Source of the DNA: Okamejei kenojei
Taxonomy: Eukaryota
DNA: 64,000 bases
Assembly (NCBI GenBank): GCA_035221665.1
Contig: CM069162.1
Location: forward strand, 19,716,001-19,780,000
Direction of reading: 5' to 3'
Position 1 is the stretch's first letter; each line of letters starts with the position of its first letter. Under the pieces are notes generated by a model. That model searched no databases, was not told the origin of the DNA, and saw nothing but the letters and a program-made list of their open reading frames with translations. A program made the translations under genes and the position numbers. Positions 10,561 to 24,429 of the stretch are shown here, one piece after another.

Positions 10561-12500
10561 CTATTAACCTTCCAACAGATTAAGATGATCAGAATACTTG
10601 TCTGCATCAGTGCAAACAAGGTAGCTGGTCTTATTACTTTGAGTAATGGAAAATAAACTTGTTTGATACTCCATAAGACAGAATAATAAGCTTTACCTTA
10701 TTTTTCTTATTATTCAGATAATGGTTCTGTCTATACTTGGGTGAAAAAGGGAAAGATATCTGTGAATGTAATGAGTAATGTACAAATAAGTCAGTAATTA
10801 ATAATCACCTAGTATATTTTACTTTTATGATGGGGTATTGAAGGGCAAGTGGTACAGGCCTAATCAAGGAATAACATATGCAATAGTGTAGACAAGAAGT
10901 GAGTAATGGTTAAGAGTAATATTTATATTAATTTCAAGAAATGTAGTAGTTGATTATCAAACAAGATGCATTTTTCAAGATGGTTGAATTACAAGCCATG
11001 GCGATTACAAGTAGACACTGGCTATGCAAATAATGTTAAATGAAAAGTAAGTTGGATATACTCAGCAAGGCTGTCAGCAAAATAAAAGGATAACATTAGA
11101 ATTTTAATTGCAGGCCCATAACAATATTCATCTCAATTATTGACCTGTTTAAAGATGGTAACACATTGTATATTTACAGTATTTCAGGGATTCATTGTAT
11201 GTTTCTGGTTACTGTTTAACCCATCATCACATTTTATGTCTGTCCCTTTACAATTCAGGCGATGAAACCATAATAGTGATAGAACTTCTAACTGCTTGGT
11301 GTAGTCATGATGCATTTACTGCAAATACATATTCGGTTTACTCATTAATTTGAATCATGTTTTGTTTTTGTGTTTGGGATTATGTATCTTAAAAGTTATC
11401 GATGGTCAAGAGTAACATAATGGCCATTAATGTAGGTTATTATCGTTTATGAACAACTAAGAATGTAATTGACTGATTAGATAGGATGCAGTTAAGTAAA
11501 ATAGGTTATCATTGCGGTTGCTTGGATAACGCACTGTAAAAACCAACTGTCCCTGGAGCATTGCTAGTACTGACATACAAACATGATACATTGTCTTTCC
11601 ATGTTTATCTTACCGAATCTCACTTATTTTAAGTAATGATACTGCTTTGTTTGGATAAGGATATGAAAATCGCTAAAGGGGCACGAATGATCCAGAAATA
11701 AGTGAGACATGGACTGTGGATGTTGTGCTTCCTTAGAATAAACACCAGAGAGTTGTCTTTCATCCTTCCTCATCTCCATGTCACTAAATCCCTTCAATTG
11801 CCCTTCTCCCTTATTGAAATTAGTTTAAATTAAAATTGTTTCCTTGTACTCCTACTCTCTTTTTGTTCATCAGGTAGCTTATTTCAACAATCAGATGAAC
11901 TATCCCTGTGAAAATTTGCAGCAGGGGTAGTTCAAAACTATTGTGTTTCCATTCAGCTTAAGGAATTTCGCCACTATGTTCCAGTTTTGACATTGAAATA
12001 CCAATTAAGATGGGAATGCTAACTTAATGTCCATAATATAGTTTTAACTGTTTCTGGATTCTCTGATATTTAATAAGTTGCGGCTTGTCTCGATCATTTG
12101 ACAATATTGAACCAAATAATGTTTGTACTTGGGATTAGATCAACAAGTAACTTCTTATAAGGAAAATGCTGGAAAAGGATTGATGCTGACTTTCAGCAGA
12201 AATCCATTTAACTTTTTTGTTGCACCTGTGACAAAGAAACAATATCCATGTGCAGTTGGTGAAAATGTTATTTTTTCTATATTCCATGTTCTCTCTACTG
12301 AGCAAACAATCAGGCCCTGATGGGCAGGGCATGCCTGCAGTTGAATAATCACTTGAACAAACAGCACAGGTAAACTGATTGCTCAACCTGTAGGTGACTA
12401 GAAAGGATGTCATTACTGGCCCAAGGAGCAATATGTAATGACCCATGTGAGGGATGCATGTTGTTTTTGTAGATCTGTAATCAGCTTGAATAAGTAACTT

Positions 12501-12648
12501 AGTCTGAAGTCTTTAGTCTGAAGAAGTGTTCCAATGCGAAACGTCACCTAATCCTTTTCTCTAGAGATGCTGCCTGACCAGCTGAGTTACTCCAGTGTTT
12601 TGTGTCTATCTTTGGTATAAACCAGCATCTGCAGTTCCTTCCTACACA
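12501..12648 (+). mobile_element. Penelope-tail short insertion with hammerhead-like core
   Basis: CTGAAGA at 12518 and GAAACGTC at 12538. Flanked by a 14-bp direct repeat TGAATAAGTAACTT / TGAATAAGTTACTT (12487-12500 / 12649-12662). Confidence 0.8.
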
Positions 12649-13035
12649 TGAATAAGTTACTTGACATGAAGATAAAGCCATTGTGATGTAGAGTAAGATA
12701 TTATGTTGTTCTGGTAGATTATGTGGTGTTTAAAATATTTCTTTCTGATTGCTGTGCTATAGTTTCAATTTTCCAAGGAATGGAATGCTATTAAACGGTG
12801 GTCATGGAGCATATCACTTTCAGAGGAAGCTTTTAGCAATGAGCTCTGCATTTGGATTATTTGCTAAAACTTCGGGCAATCATCCATACTCAATCCATTC
12901 AAGCTGTGAACATTTTCTGAATGTAGCGACTGAAATCCAATTGATCGGTTTAATGTGTGTTGAGGATTTTAATGTTTTATTAAATTACAGGCCTTTTCAC
13001 ATTTTTAATGTAGCCATGGATTTCTTTTAATACAG

Positions 13036-13128
13036 GCAGCCTTCCAGTCTGGCCAGAATGCAGCTCCACCTCCTCTTGTGTACTCCCAAAATCCACAGAC
13101 AATGACTACGCAACCACAGGCAAGACAG
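13036..13128 (+). CDS. EIF4G3: EIF4G3 exon (AAFQSGQNAAPPPLVYSQNPQTMTTQPQARQ), containing the AUG equivalent to the annotated mammalian start at 13102
   Basis: ttttaatacAG acceptor, GTAAGC donor, 93 nt, phase 0-0. Resembles the remembered human EIF4G3 segment SGQNAGPTTLVYPQTPQTMNSQPQTR. Confidence 0.9.
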
Positions 13129-13279
13129 GTAAGCTCTCTCTGGGAAATTGCCAATGCAGCATCTTGATTTCATTCACAATTATTATTCTATTGTTAAAAG
13201 GCATGCTTTTGGTGTAATGCATTTTATTTTCAGTGCTTTCCACAACAGAATAATTGCCACCCAGTCATTGATAACTACA

Positions 13280-14450
13280 ACACAAAATAAAAGCAGAAAA
13301 TGCTGCAAATACTGTGCAGATCAGCTGCCTATATGGGAAGAGAGAGTGTTATCGTTTTAGGTCCAGCGTCTTTCATCAAAACTGGAAAGGAGAGAGAGAA
13401 GCTTGTTAAGCTGATGGGAGCGTCGGGATGTCGGTGGGAAGGGGAGACACAGGGTTGTAGATGTCTTTGATAAATCTGATCACGGACAAACTATATCCAA
13501 GATTATTTGTCAATGAGTGCATGGAAGAAGTTATAGAGTGAGAACATGGACAAAAGAACATCAACAAAATAACGTGGAAGTTGCAATATGCAAATCTGGA
13601 AGACATGCCCCCAAGGCCCAGAACAGAACGAGCAATGAGTTCCCAGGAGCTCTCTGAGACATCATACCAACCCCTTGACCATGACCCCACAGATAAACAC
13701 CAGCCCAGACCGTTTCTGATTTAATTGTCTGATGATCTCCCCTCCATAACTTCCAACCATATTGTTCCCCAGCCCCGCATTGCGTGTTTCTATCTCCTCC
13801 CCAAAAGCCGCAAACAGGACTGCCCTGGCAGACCCATCGTCTCTGCAACCCCCTGACGCACTGCACTCATCTCCACATACCTTGATTCCATCCTATCCCC
13901 TCTGGTTCAGTCCTTCCCAACTACATCCAAGACACACACATGCCAATTCAAAAACTTTCTAGACCTAAACTTCAAATTTACCTGGACTATCACTGACCTC
14001 TCTGCCCTTTCTTGATCACTTTGTCTCCATCACAGGGGGCAGACAATTGACTGACGTATACAACAAACCCACTAACTACCACAGTTATCTGGACTCCCAC
14101 CCTGCCTTTTGCAAAGACTGTGTTTCCTACTCTCAATTAATCCGTCTCCGTGGCATCTTCTCCCAATATGAGGCATTCTGTGCAAGGACATTGGAGGTCC
14201 TCTTTCTTTAGTAAGCGTGGTTTCCCCCTCCATATGACAATGGTGGATCCCTCACCCGCTTTTCCCTTTGTCCTGTAGTTCTGCTCTCACTCTACCCTCC
14301 CCCCCACCACCCCCCGTATCTCCTTCCCAGTTCTAACAAAAAACCTTTGGCCTGAAAAGGTAATTCTTGTTTCTCTTCCTAAAAATACTGCTTGACTTGA
14401 TCTGTGTTTCTGGCATTTTCTTTTTGTATTTAGATTTATAACTCACTAGA
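13280..14450 (+). mobile_element. Decayed Penelope-like element with an inverted terminal repeat at the 5' side
   Basis: RT-like fragments (PGRPIVS-like, SPLVQSFPTTS, KPTNYHSYL). Tail in - orientation at ~13280-13390 and + orientation at ~14330-14450. Confidence 0.65.
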
Positions 14451-17348
14451 CTTTCTGATTTATATTTATATGTTAACACAGTTTTGTTTAATAGAACTAG
14501 CTATAGAATATTTGTATGGAATATCAGCCTAGATTGCTCAGTGTTGTCGACGTATCATAACTTACATTTTCATGAACAATATACCAATCTGTTACACAAC
14601 TCAAGAATACCGTCTTGGGAGTAGTTTTTCCTGAATATTTATATTATTCACAAATGATTATAATTCAAAATATACTTTTAAAAATTTAATTGATGCCGAA
14701 ATTCTTTTATTTATTTGAGCAAGCTTAAAACAACTATTGGGCATTTTAATGAGCAGAACTGCCTGCAAGATTGATTTATTGCGTACTGCCTAATTCACAA
14801 AGACTATCATTCCTTTTAATATTAGTAGTAAACATGAGAATCATTAGTTGTCATAGATTCTTCATTACCTCCTCACTTTGTAGAGCCCTGCAAAAAGTGT
14901 CTTGAAAAAAGCCTTTCCTTATTTTCCCCAAAGAAATCTGGCTTCTTGGTGACAATTTCTTTCTGTAGCAAAATGATCCAAGACACATTTTGCCATGTTC
15001 CATGCGAAGGCTGCAGCAGGAATGATCAAGTTTGTCTCACTTGGTATCTTTTTGGTCTTCCTTTGGACAGAAAGAGTAGAGAGATAGTACTCTTTTAGTC
15101 CTGTTTAAGGGTCTCGACCCAAAATGTCTATTGTCCATTTCCCTGCTCAGAGGTTGCCCGGCCATCTGGGTTCCTTCAGCAGCTCTATTTCATTGGACTC
15201 CAACATCTGCAGTCTCATGTGCTTCAATATCCCTTTTAACTGACTCCCTCTTGTGGAGCTATAATGATATTTATATCTGTGTATAACACCCACTTGAGTT
15301 TGATACTTATTTTGCTAAGTCTCTTCCTAACAGACTCTTGAGATGTTTTGCTCATAAGTGAGAGATTTATTTTCTCTTTTCAACGAACTCTGCCAATTGT
15401 GCTCACCAAAGAATTATTGGGATTCATTTGTGTGTAGCATTAAGATCTTGCTTGTCGACTACCTCCATCCATTACAGAATATTTTCAAAATGCTTTCCTG
15501 TCTCCCTGTCAACTCTTTGCTTATTGCTGATTGCTGGATTCCAGGATTCCTGATAATACAGTATTTTTATGGCATAATCCTCGCGGGCGCCAGCTGCTCT
15601 TTTTCTCTATTCCTTTCTCAGCTGCCCCATCACAAGTAATCATCCCATTTGCTGAAATAATCTGTTTTTTTACTCCATCCACCATTCCCATTTACCCTTT
15701 TTCTTATGTTTTTCTTGAAAAACATAAACATCTTGAATTTAAAAATAAAAATTGTAATAACCTTCAAGCACAGAGAAAATGGTGGACAGGGTCAGCAGAA
15801 AGTGAATGAAGTCACGGTATGTTTTCCTTGTCGTTCATGCCTTAATGGAATTGGTTGCTGTTCCTTTTCCTTTGGTTCTTATTTTCAGACCTCATTCTTG
15901 ATCACCCCTTTCATATCTTGCCAAACTAAACTTACCACTTGCGATTTACCTTTTTTTTCTATCTGGTCACCAAGACTCTAGGCTTTGAAATGATCTCTCA
16001 TGTGAGTGCTTTAGAGCATTCAAAATGTGCACACCCGAGTTAATTTGACATCTCCATCTCTATTTTGTAAAGTACAATTCTATTGGACTGACGACTTGTT
16101 AGCAAGTCAGAACTGCTGTTCTTATCCAATACACACAATTACTGCCATGGCTATTGTTCACTTGGTCATTCCTCTGCAGTCATTTGGTATCGAGATGCAG
16201 GTTATTTTCTACTAATATCCTAGGCTATACATGCCATATTTCTGCCGTGTTTCAACAATGTATTAGCAAAAACCATCTTAGATCTGGACTGTTGCGACTT
16301 GGGATTGTGCTAAGTCAGTGCAAGCAGTTGAAATAACATACCATATCAAATTTAACAAAATTAAATTAAACAATGTCTAGTGCATGTTTCTCAATGAACT
16401 AAGTAAATCAGTTTGTGCATTATTGTCAGAACTGGCATTAATAAAGATGGGTCATTTATCCAAAGATTTCAATGTTAAAGTTGAGGTGACTCCTCTAAGA
16501 TATTACCTTATAGATAGCTGGTTGACCAGATGTATGCCATTATTGCCATTTAAAAGTGACTACAAGGATGTGGGCAAGAATGTTTTTGCCATGCTTTATT
16601 TGAAACATGCATTCAGAAACATTGTTAAAATAAGCAGTGATTTATATTTAAGAATGACACTTTGATTGTGATCTTATTGTAATTAATCTCAGGCCCCTTT
16701 ATCCCTCTGCAATTGCTATGTTTTTGATCCTGTCATTTCCCACAATTGATATTGTCCAGCTGGGTTGGACATTCCTTGTCTGAATTCTGTCTTGCCCTAT
16801 CTAATTGCAGCACAGTGCATCTTTGGTAGTGCTTCCTCCTCTGCAATTTGAAGAATCTGTGTTTGTTATCCTTTTTCTCATGTACGTGTGCCTGTAATAT
16901 CACGTATCAATGTAGCTATCTCATCTCAAATGAGTTTGTTATCATTTATCACCTCAATGTTCAACTGTTTTTCCTCTTTAAAAGTAGTTTGCATAAACTT
17001 GGGTTTTTAATTGATATTATTCATTTTGATTCTTTGAAAATTGCAATTACACCAAGCATTGTCCTTAAGTACAAGGTAAATATTGCCTTTTTAAGGTATC
17101 AAGATCGTGATCTCATTTAATTTCAGTTTAGCAGAAAAATTAATTTGTGTATGATGGAATGCTGCCTTGTAATTCTGATTTGTGGAAAGCTTTAATTTTC
17201 TTTTAAACTTAATGTGTGTTTAGTGACATCAAGTGCTGGTATATTAGAACTGTGGTTTAATGCTTGTGCTTTTGAGTTTTCTAGTCTGTCCTTGCGTTCT
17301 TGCTGACTCTGTGTGCCTTTCCCTTGTGTATTTCTTACTTCTCTTCAG

Positions 17349-17381
17349 TTCGCAGCAGGGCCCCGGGCTGCCCACCACCAG
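17349..17381 (+). CDS. EIF4G3: EIF4G3 33-nt cassette exon (FAAGPRAAHHQ)
   Basis: Long pyrimidine tract plus cttcAG, GTATTT donor, phase 0-0. Matches the known alternative FAAGPR..HHQ exon of vertebrate EIF4G3. Confidence 0.9.
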
Positions 17382-17809
17382 GTATTTACCCCATTCACTT
17401 CATACATCTCAATTTTTGCCAAAATAAATATTAGCCTTAATGAGTAGTTCTCACTTTGCTGATCGAACAATGCACTTTATTAAATGGGGAAAGATCAGAT
17501 TGCATTCAGTCTCCCAAAAATTGTCGACATTTGGTTTGAGCAACTGACCTTAAACGTAAAAAAAGTAATATGTTAAAAATCGTCTTCAAGCAAAACTCTT
17601 TTCGGCACAAATAATTGTTTGGCCTGTTGGCTGCCATTGATTGAAAATGTTTAACTTCCTCATTTTCACTATTTCTATTGCAATGAATTGCTGGGTGAGG
17701 AGTGGATCTGATTTTCTTTAATCATGTTTGATTAAAAACTAAATAGTTGAGACTAAGTGGTTAAACTATCAATAGTTTAAATGCTTGATAATATAAATAC
17801 ATCCTCTGG

Positions 17810-18110
17810 TTTAAGATTGTTAAGGGAAATTAATAAGAAAATTGTTGTGGCTTTATCTACAATCTTACAAACATCCATAGATTCAGGATTGGTGCCTGAA
17901 AACTAGAAATTGTAAGCATTACACCATTGTACAGAAATGAATGAAGCCAGTAACTGGACAAGTCTTTTTGACTTCAGTAGTGGGGAAATTTCTAGATGTA
18001 ATTAGTGATAGAATTGTTGGTCACTTGGACAAGTATAGATTGATTAGAGAAGGCTTCTTTGGTTCTGCTAAAGAAATCATGTCAAACTAATTTGACATTT
18101 GTTTGTGAGG
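17810..18110 (+). mobile_element. CR1 RT fragment, old
   Basis: Decayed SIDSGLVPEN*K..TPL..LTSVVGKFL. Confidence 0.55.
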
Positions 18111-18629
18111 TATTGGAGTGGAATTTCTCTCATCATGTGTATCAACTATCTTAAATTGGTTGCTCATAGTCACTTCTCTACTCGGTAAAATCCAATTCCA
18201 TCATTCATCCAAAGCTTTCAGTATTAGATCTCAATTAAATCTGTCATTTGGCTTTTTTTGTAGATCTCATTTGAGCCCTCTTAGGTGCTACTAATTTCCA
18301 ACAAGGTAGTAACCAGAACTGCTGTAACCAGTACCTCAGCTGTGGTGTAACTAATTATCTGGCAGGTATAGCTTGCAGAACTCAAGTTTTTCCTTGGGCA
18401 CTCTCCTTTCAATACACGCTTTCATAAGCCACCAATAGTAATCTTCTAGTTACTACTTTTGTTTGCCTGCATTGTAATCTCCTTCCTATCTTCTGGAATA
18501 GTAATTGCAGGACCACACCTCTCTTTACATCATTAACCTTAATATGGATCACGATTGCTGACATTTCATCATCCCGAGCAGAATAGTCTATAGCCATTGC
18601 TGCTGATTTTCACTCTAGCACTCGAGTCT

Positions 18630-19075
18630 AACTGCAACCATCACACAAACGAATCGCCCTTCCATTGACACTTCAAGCTGCCTCGGCAAGGCCACCGGCA
18701 TAATCAAGGACGAGTCTCACCCCGGTCACTCCCTCTTCCCCTCGCTCCCATCAGGCAAGAAGTACAGAAGTGTGACAACTTGTGTCTCCAGATTCAGGGA
18801 CTGTTTCTTCCCAGCTGTTATCAGGCAACTGAACTGTCCTATCAACAACTAGAAATTGGTCCTGAGCTACTACTTACCTCATTAGAGCCCCTTGGACTAT
18901 CTTTAATGGGACTTTACTGGACTTTATCTTGCACTAAATGTTATTCCCGTTATCATGTATGTCACTGTGGTCGTCTCTATTGTAATCATGTATAGTCTTT
19001 CCGCTGACTGGTTAGCATGCTACTAAAAGATTTTCACTGTACCTTGATACATGTGACGGTAAACTAAACTAAACC
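18630..19075 (+). mobile_element. Rex1/Babar LINE 3' end
   Basis: Decayed RCLGKATGIIKDESHPGHSLFP.LPSGKKYRSV..RFRDCFFPAVIR, then a 3' UTR ending in (ACTAA)n. Confidence 0.8.
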
Positions 19076-19729
19076 AAAGTACTTTTGTCAAAATCAAAAC
19101 AAAATACTTTTTAGAATCCATTCCTTTCTTTTCCCGAAGAGATCTGCTGTTTATTTTCTTGCCGTTAGACGGAGCTTGTCCTCAAAGCTCCCCAACCTTT
19201 CACTTAATCCCATTTTGAATTGCTGACCATCCAAATTTCCCCCCTCATCCAAATACTGATCATGACTAATTTATCTCAATCCTTTAACATTACTATTTCC
19301 TAGCTGAAAAAATGTTCCGCTCTATCAAGTGTCCACTCTGTAAATGGACCAAGGACAAACGCCTGAGGAAAAGTTAAAGCATGGTGGAAGATGTACATTT
19401 ATCTCCATGTTACGACTGAAAAATATTGTGACTATGCAGAAGACACATCAGTGAGTCAATAGAGTGCAGTGGTGATGTAAATAAACGCTCCAGGTTTTTG
19501 AAAAGTAGATTAGTTTTTGACAGTAGATTTGTTTTTTAAACATTTGTTTCAAAAAATGTTTTGAAGAAGTAACTGGGTTTAAGGAGCTTCACAAAAGCGG
19601 ATACAGAAGGGAAATATAGAAGGAAGATCCAGAGCTTAGCATCTTGGGAATTGAAAGCGTAGCTGCTGATTATGAAGTGAATAAATTCAGTAATGATCAG
19701 AAGACTGGAATTATCTAATGTGCCAAAAG

Positions 19730-19822
19730 ATAAACACAAAAAGCTGGACTAATTCAGCGGGTCAGACAACATCTCTGGAGAAAAGGAATAGGTGACATTT
19801 CAGATCGAGACCCTTCTTCAGA
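19730..19822 (-). mobile_element. Penelope-tail short insertion
   Basis: The - strand reads TCTGAAGAAGGGTCTCGATCTGAAATGTCACCTATTCC... Confidence 0.75.
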
Positions 19823-20239
19823 AAAATATATCTCGGTAGTAATAAGACAGGAACAGATAAGAGAGAAAGGGAGGGACAAGATGGATGGATTGATCTGCAA
19901 ACAAAGATGAACATTTTAAATTCAACATGTCATTTGAAGATGAACACATGTAGAGCTAATGATTAACAATACTTAAAGTTAAGACAAGGCCTTCCAGATC
20001 ACAAGTCTACATAGAGTAAATGAGGAAAACCTGAAAAGAATGCATCATAATAGTCAATGCTGGGTGTTACAAATGCATAACTAAGGGTTTCAGAAGCAAC
20101 GGAAGCAACAGTGGAGTCGGGTAACGTTATGAAGGTGGTAATAATTATTTTGAAAAGTGATACAGTGATGTGGCCCACAACCCATCTCGAGCAGTCTGCT
20201 TCAGTTTCAGATAGGGAAACGGATAGTGTTTGTGTCAAG

Positions 20240-20356
20240 ACTTTGTTTTGGAAATTAAAGTTGACAGCTATTCTTAATATTTAGCTGAAACATTTGAGTA
20301 TATGTTTCAGCTAAATATTAAGAATAGCTGTCAACTTTAATTCCCAAAAACAAAGT
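20240..20356. repeat. Near-perfect palindrome (~54-bp arms, 8-nt loop)
   Basis: A 41-bp perfect core at 20253-20293 pairs with 20302-20342. Confidence 0.95.
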
Positions 20357-21996
20357 TAATGGACAAATGTTTAGACAGTTAAAGATAATAAAAGAGGTAA
20401 ATCCATGCATGGACATGGTAGTTGTGGAAATGGACTCTTATCATATTTAAATGTACCCACCATTAATACTTAAAAAATAAATTGAGGCCAACGAGGAGCC
20501 AAAAAATATGACTGACAGACTAGATTAAGGAAAATCCCAAAGCGCGTTGCGTATATTGAGGGCGTGGAATATTTCAGTTATGAGGAGAGACTGATAGACT
20601 GGTTATGTTTTCCTTGGAATGGAGGATGCTGAGCGTGGACCCAATCAGGTACATAATGTTATGAGGGGCGCAGGTAGTAAGCAACTTCTTCCTCCGTAGC
20701 AGAAGCATCTAAGACATAGATTTAGGGTGCTGTCTGAATAGATGGGGCAGATATTCTTGCAAGATTTAATTATCTAGACATGTGCTTAATAAATGCATAG
20801 AATGTTATGGACCTGGTGCTGGTAAATGGAATTAATATGGTCAGTATGGATGTGCTGTATGTCCCAATGGCAACAATATGCCTTTTTATATTGCTGCCAA
20901 AATGACCAATTTCATATTTTTTCACATATTCTATTTTCCAGATCCACTCATAAAGCCTTTGTCTCTTTATGAGTGGATCTGGCTCTTTTCAACTTACTTC
21001 CTTAGCAGTCTTTGTATCTTCTGCAGATCTAGCAATTGTACCTTCCGTCTTCATCCTTGAAGGTACCAAAGGCATTGATGTTAAATGTATATAAATTGTA
21101 AAAAGATAAAGCTCCAGCACTGATTCATGAGGTAGACCATTTGTTGCATTTGTCAACCAGAAAAAATCCCATTTAATCTTGTTGTATTCCTGGGAGCCAG
21201 CCAATGTCTATCCATGTGAATATGTTGGTTCCTAAACTGTGAGCTGGTTTTTGTCTACAGTAGCATTTGATGTGGGCCTTTTGAAATGCTGTACTGAAAA
21301 CTAAGTATAGTGCATCCATCTCTCCTTTTATTCACGGTACGCTACCTTTCACGGTGCTCTTTCCTTTTCACAAAAACTCGTTGGCATTGCCTGAACAAAA
21401 CCAAACAAATGCAGCTTACCTGGTTGATTGACAATGGTGAGCAGGTGGAAGATAATATAATTCAGTATGAAAAATAGTACAATGTTTGTGAAAGGCAAGG
21501 GGGAAGGATTACCTTTGCCATATTTGCCTTGGATGTCAGAAGAAATTTTGTGTACAATTTTGGGTTCAAAGCCTGTTTGGAGAAGTTTGCATGAGGTCTG
21601 GGTAAGCCATTCACATGCTCAGGAAGTTTAGAGGAAAGAAAAATGGAAGATTGGGTAGTGATTTGGAAGAATGGAGAAACATGGATTTTTCAGAAGATTG
21701 ATGATCGCTGAATGCCTGAAGAAGAATAAATGGTAACAAAATCATCTAACCTTGTGGTGCCTGGGTACATGTTGGGTGGTCCAAGGAGGACGATGGCCTT
21801 GTTAAAAGAATAACTTCAGAGAGTGTGGATATGTGATTGCATGGCAGGCAGCAGCTGGAAAGGTGGAAGAGAAGCTTAAATGCTATTCTGGGGATAAGGT
21901 TTGCGGAGGGAGGTGATGGGAAGAGAAAGTAGTTGCAGGCAATAAAAAAATTGGCTCGGTGGTGTGTAAGATTATCGGAGCCAGTGTATAAGCCAG

Positions 21997-22293
21997 TTAA
22001 GGATAAGGGGGAAGTTTTAAGGATAAGGGGGAAGTCTTTTAGGACCGAGATGAGAAGATCATTTTTCATACAGAGAGTGGCGAGTCTGTGGAATTCTCTG
22101 CCACAGAAGGTAGTTGAGGCCAGTTCATTGGCTATATTTAGATGTGGCCCTTGTGGCTAAAGGGATCAGGGGGTATGGAGAGAAGGCAGGTACAGGATAC
22201 TGAGTTGGATGATCAGCCATGATCATATTGAATGGCGGTGCAGGATCGAAGGGCCGAATGGCCTACTCCTGCACCTATTTTCTATGATTCTAT
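21997..22293 (+). mobile_element. CR1 LINE 3' end, young
   Basis: Same family as 1-325. The 5' junction has a tandem TTAAGGATAAGGGGGAAGT duplication. Confidence 0.9.
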
Positions 22294-24429
22294 ACAGAAT
22301 AGTGAACAAGGTCAATGGATGTAAAGGTTGGCATTTCCAGAGATGATAAGTTCTTCAGTGCAGAGGCTGAAGGAAGCAGTGAAAATAGCTTTAAGGATTT
22401 TGTTTGTGGTGCACTTGAAAGGGAACTACAAAATAGCGATTTTATAATGAGATGACGGGTTGAACAAGGCGAGATATTTACAGAGGAAAGAATAGGAGAT
22501 TGGGTATGATTTATTTAGCATTGAGAGTATCATAACAGCAAAGGTGTGCTAGAGGAAAGAGCACCAATGGAGGGGCCGAGTTATTCTCCATCCCAATGTT
22601 AGAATCCTGGTGCAGACATTCGACTCTGACCTCAATCACAGCAGGAGTGTTTTCTTAAACCTTCCCTGGGAATAATGTAACATCCTTACTAATTGTGAAC
22701 ATTTCTGCATTGGGGCTACAGAAACTCGCGTCTCTTCATTGGAGTGCACCATAGACAAGTTAAAACAGAAAGAATGTTCCACCTCCCTCTCCCAACAAAA
22801 TTACCTGTGGTAATGTTTGTAGATCTTATTTTGATTGTATCAGCTATCTCAGCATCCACAGAACTGCAACAGAAGCAAATCCTCCTCAATTGCTTTCTTT
22901 GAATTTCTACTTTAAACTTTAAAAATATATGCTTTTATTGGATGTGCAATATGTATGCATTATTTTTGCTTCTTTTCAATTGTGATTGCAGAAGTGGTGA
23001 CATTTCTTCTTTGACCATTTCTTTACTTAAAAAGCAACAAGATATTTGAGATTGAGCTTCTGTTTCCCCGTTAAGTTTGTGTCAATTGCAATATTACAGT
23101 TGTACCTTTGTAATTTTCAATTTCAATCTTTGAATTTGAAAATTTAATATCTCCTATTCAAACAGCATTACTGTAAATGAACTGGGAGAATATTGCAAAA
23201 TATGAATGTTGAGACACATGAGCATTTTAGCAGAAATAATGACCAGAAAACACTGGAAATACTCAGCAGGCCGGGCAGCATCCTTTCAGCACTCGAGGAA
23301 CAGTTCACTTTACAGTACAATGGTCTTCAATGCAATTTTCAAGCAGTTTTGATAGTTGTCAAACATGACACCATAGAAAGTGGCCGAGCAAGGTTTTGGT
23401 TTGAGATACTGTTTAATGTTCAAATCTATCAGCAACAGGAAAACATTCTTGGCATAATGAAATCGGGCAGATTTTGTTTTAATTTGATTCAACGATGGTG
23501 TCTACCATGTTTTCTGATTCCTTCAGTAAAATGGTCAGTCGTATTTTTAGATTTCATGTCATTGGTTTAAGATTCCTGTGATCATTGCAAATTTCTCAAG
23601 GCAGTACTTGGCTTTGTTAGATTGCTGCCATTCTCAAATGTAGAGTTACTATTTTGAGACAAGTAAGTTCATCTGTTTGATCGGTTTTTGGAACTACATT
23701 TTAAGGCTAATAAAAAGCAATGGTGATCTTCTGTGGGTTTACCTTTTTCAACTGACAGCTTTTTTTGCCGTTTCCAATTGTGTAATGTAAATCCTATTTT
23801 AAAATGTGTCGGACAATTGGGATTCATTGTGTGATCAAGGGATCCATCATTTTCTCTGAATCTTCACACGTATAAAAATGAATTTTAGAGTTTTTGAAAA
23901 TTGTCTAGGATAAATAAAAAATATGGACAATAGCTACAATAAATATCTCCATTAATAAGATACCTGTCAAAGTTGTGCCTTGATGCCAATCATGTTCTAT
24001 TTTCTTGTGGTTTGGCTGAGTAGGCAGTATGTGTGCAGGGGTGTTAATAAATTGTAAAATAAGTGACCAACTAAGTAAATAAGCAAAGCTTCAAACATGC
24101 TATGAAAACCATTAACAATAATTGTTATCATAGGATTTGTTTTTTTGCTTAATAATTTATATCAATCTGAATGGGAGATACCCTGGTAATATTGGAAATA
24201 CCAGTGTTACATTATATCCTTTGATCTCCCTTCTTAACTGAAAAATATTTTCACCAATGACATTTTAAGAAATACTTGCTTTGGAACATGGATTAACAGT
24301 TGCTTACTTTCACTTGATATGAGACAACATAACTAACCCATGGAAGCCAGGAGGTTCCAAGAATACAGCAATGCTATATATTGGGAGAATTCAGCACAGT
24401 CCACCAGTCTGAAAAAACACAATTCTACC

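Larger units (their letters stand above)
19540..20400 (-). mobile_element. L2-clade LINE fragment, old
   Basis: ORF 19999-20238 contains ASETLSYAFVTPSIDYYDAFFSGFP, resembling the L2 motif AETLVHAFVTSRLDYCN. Confidence 0.6.
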
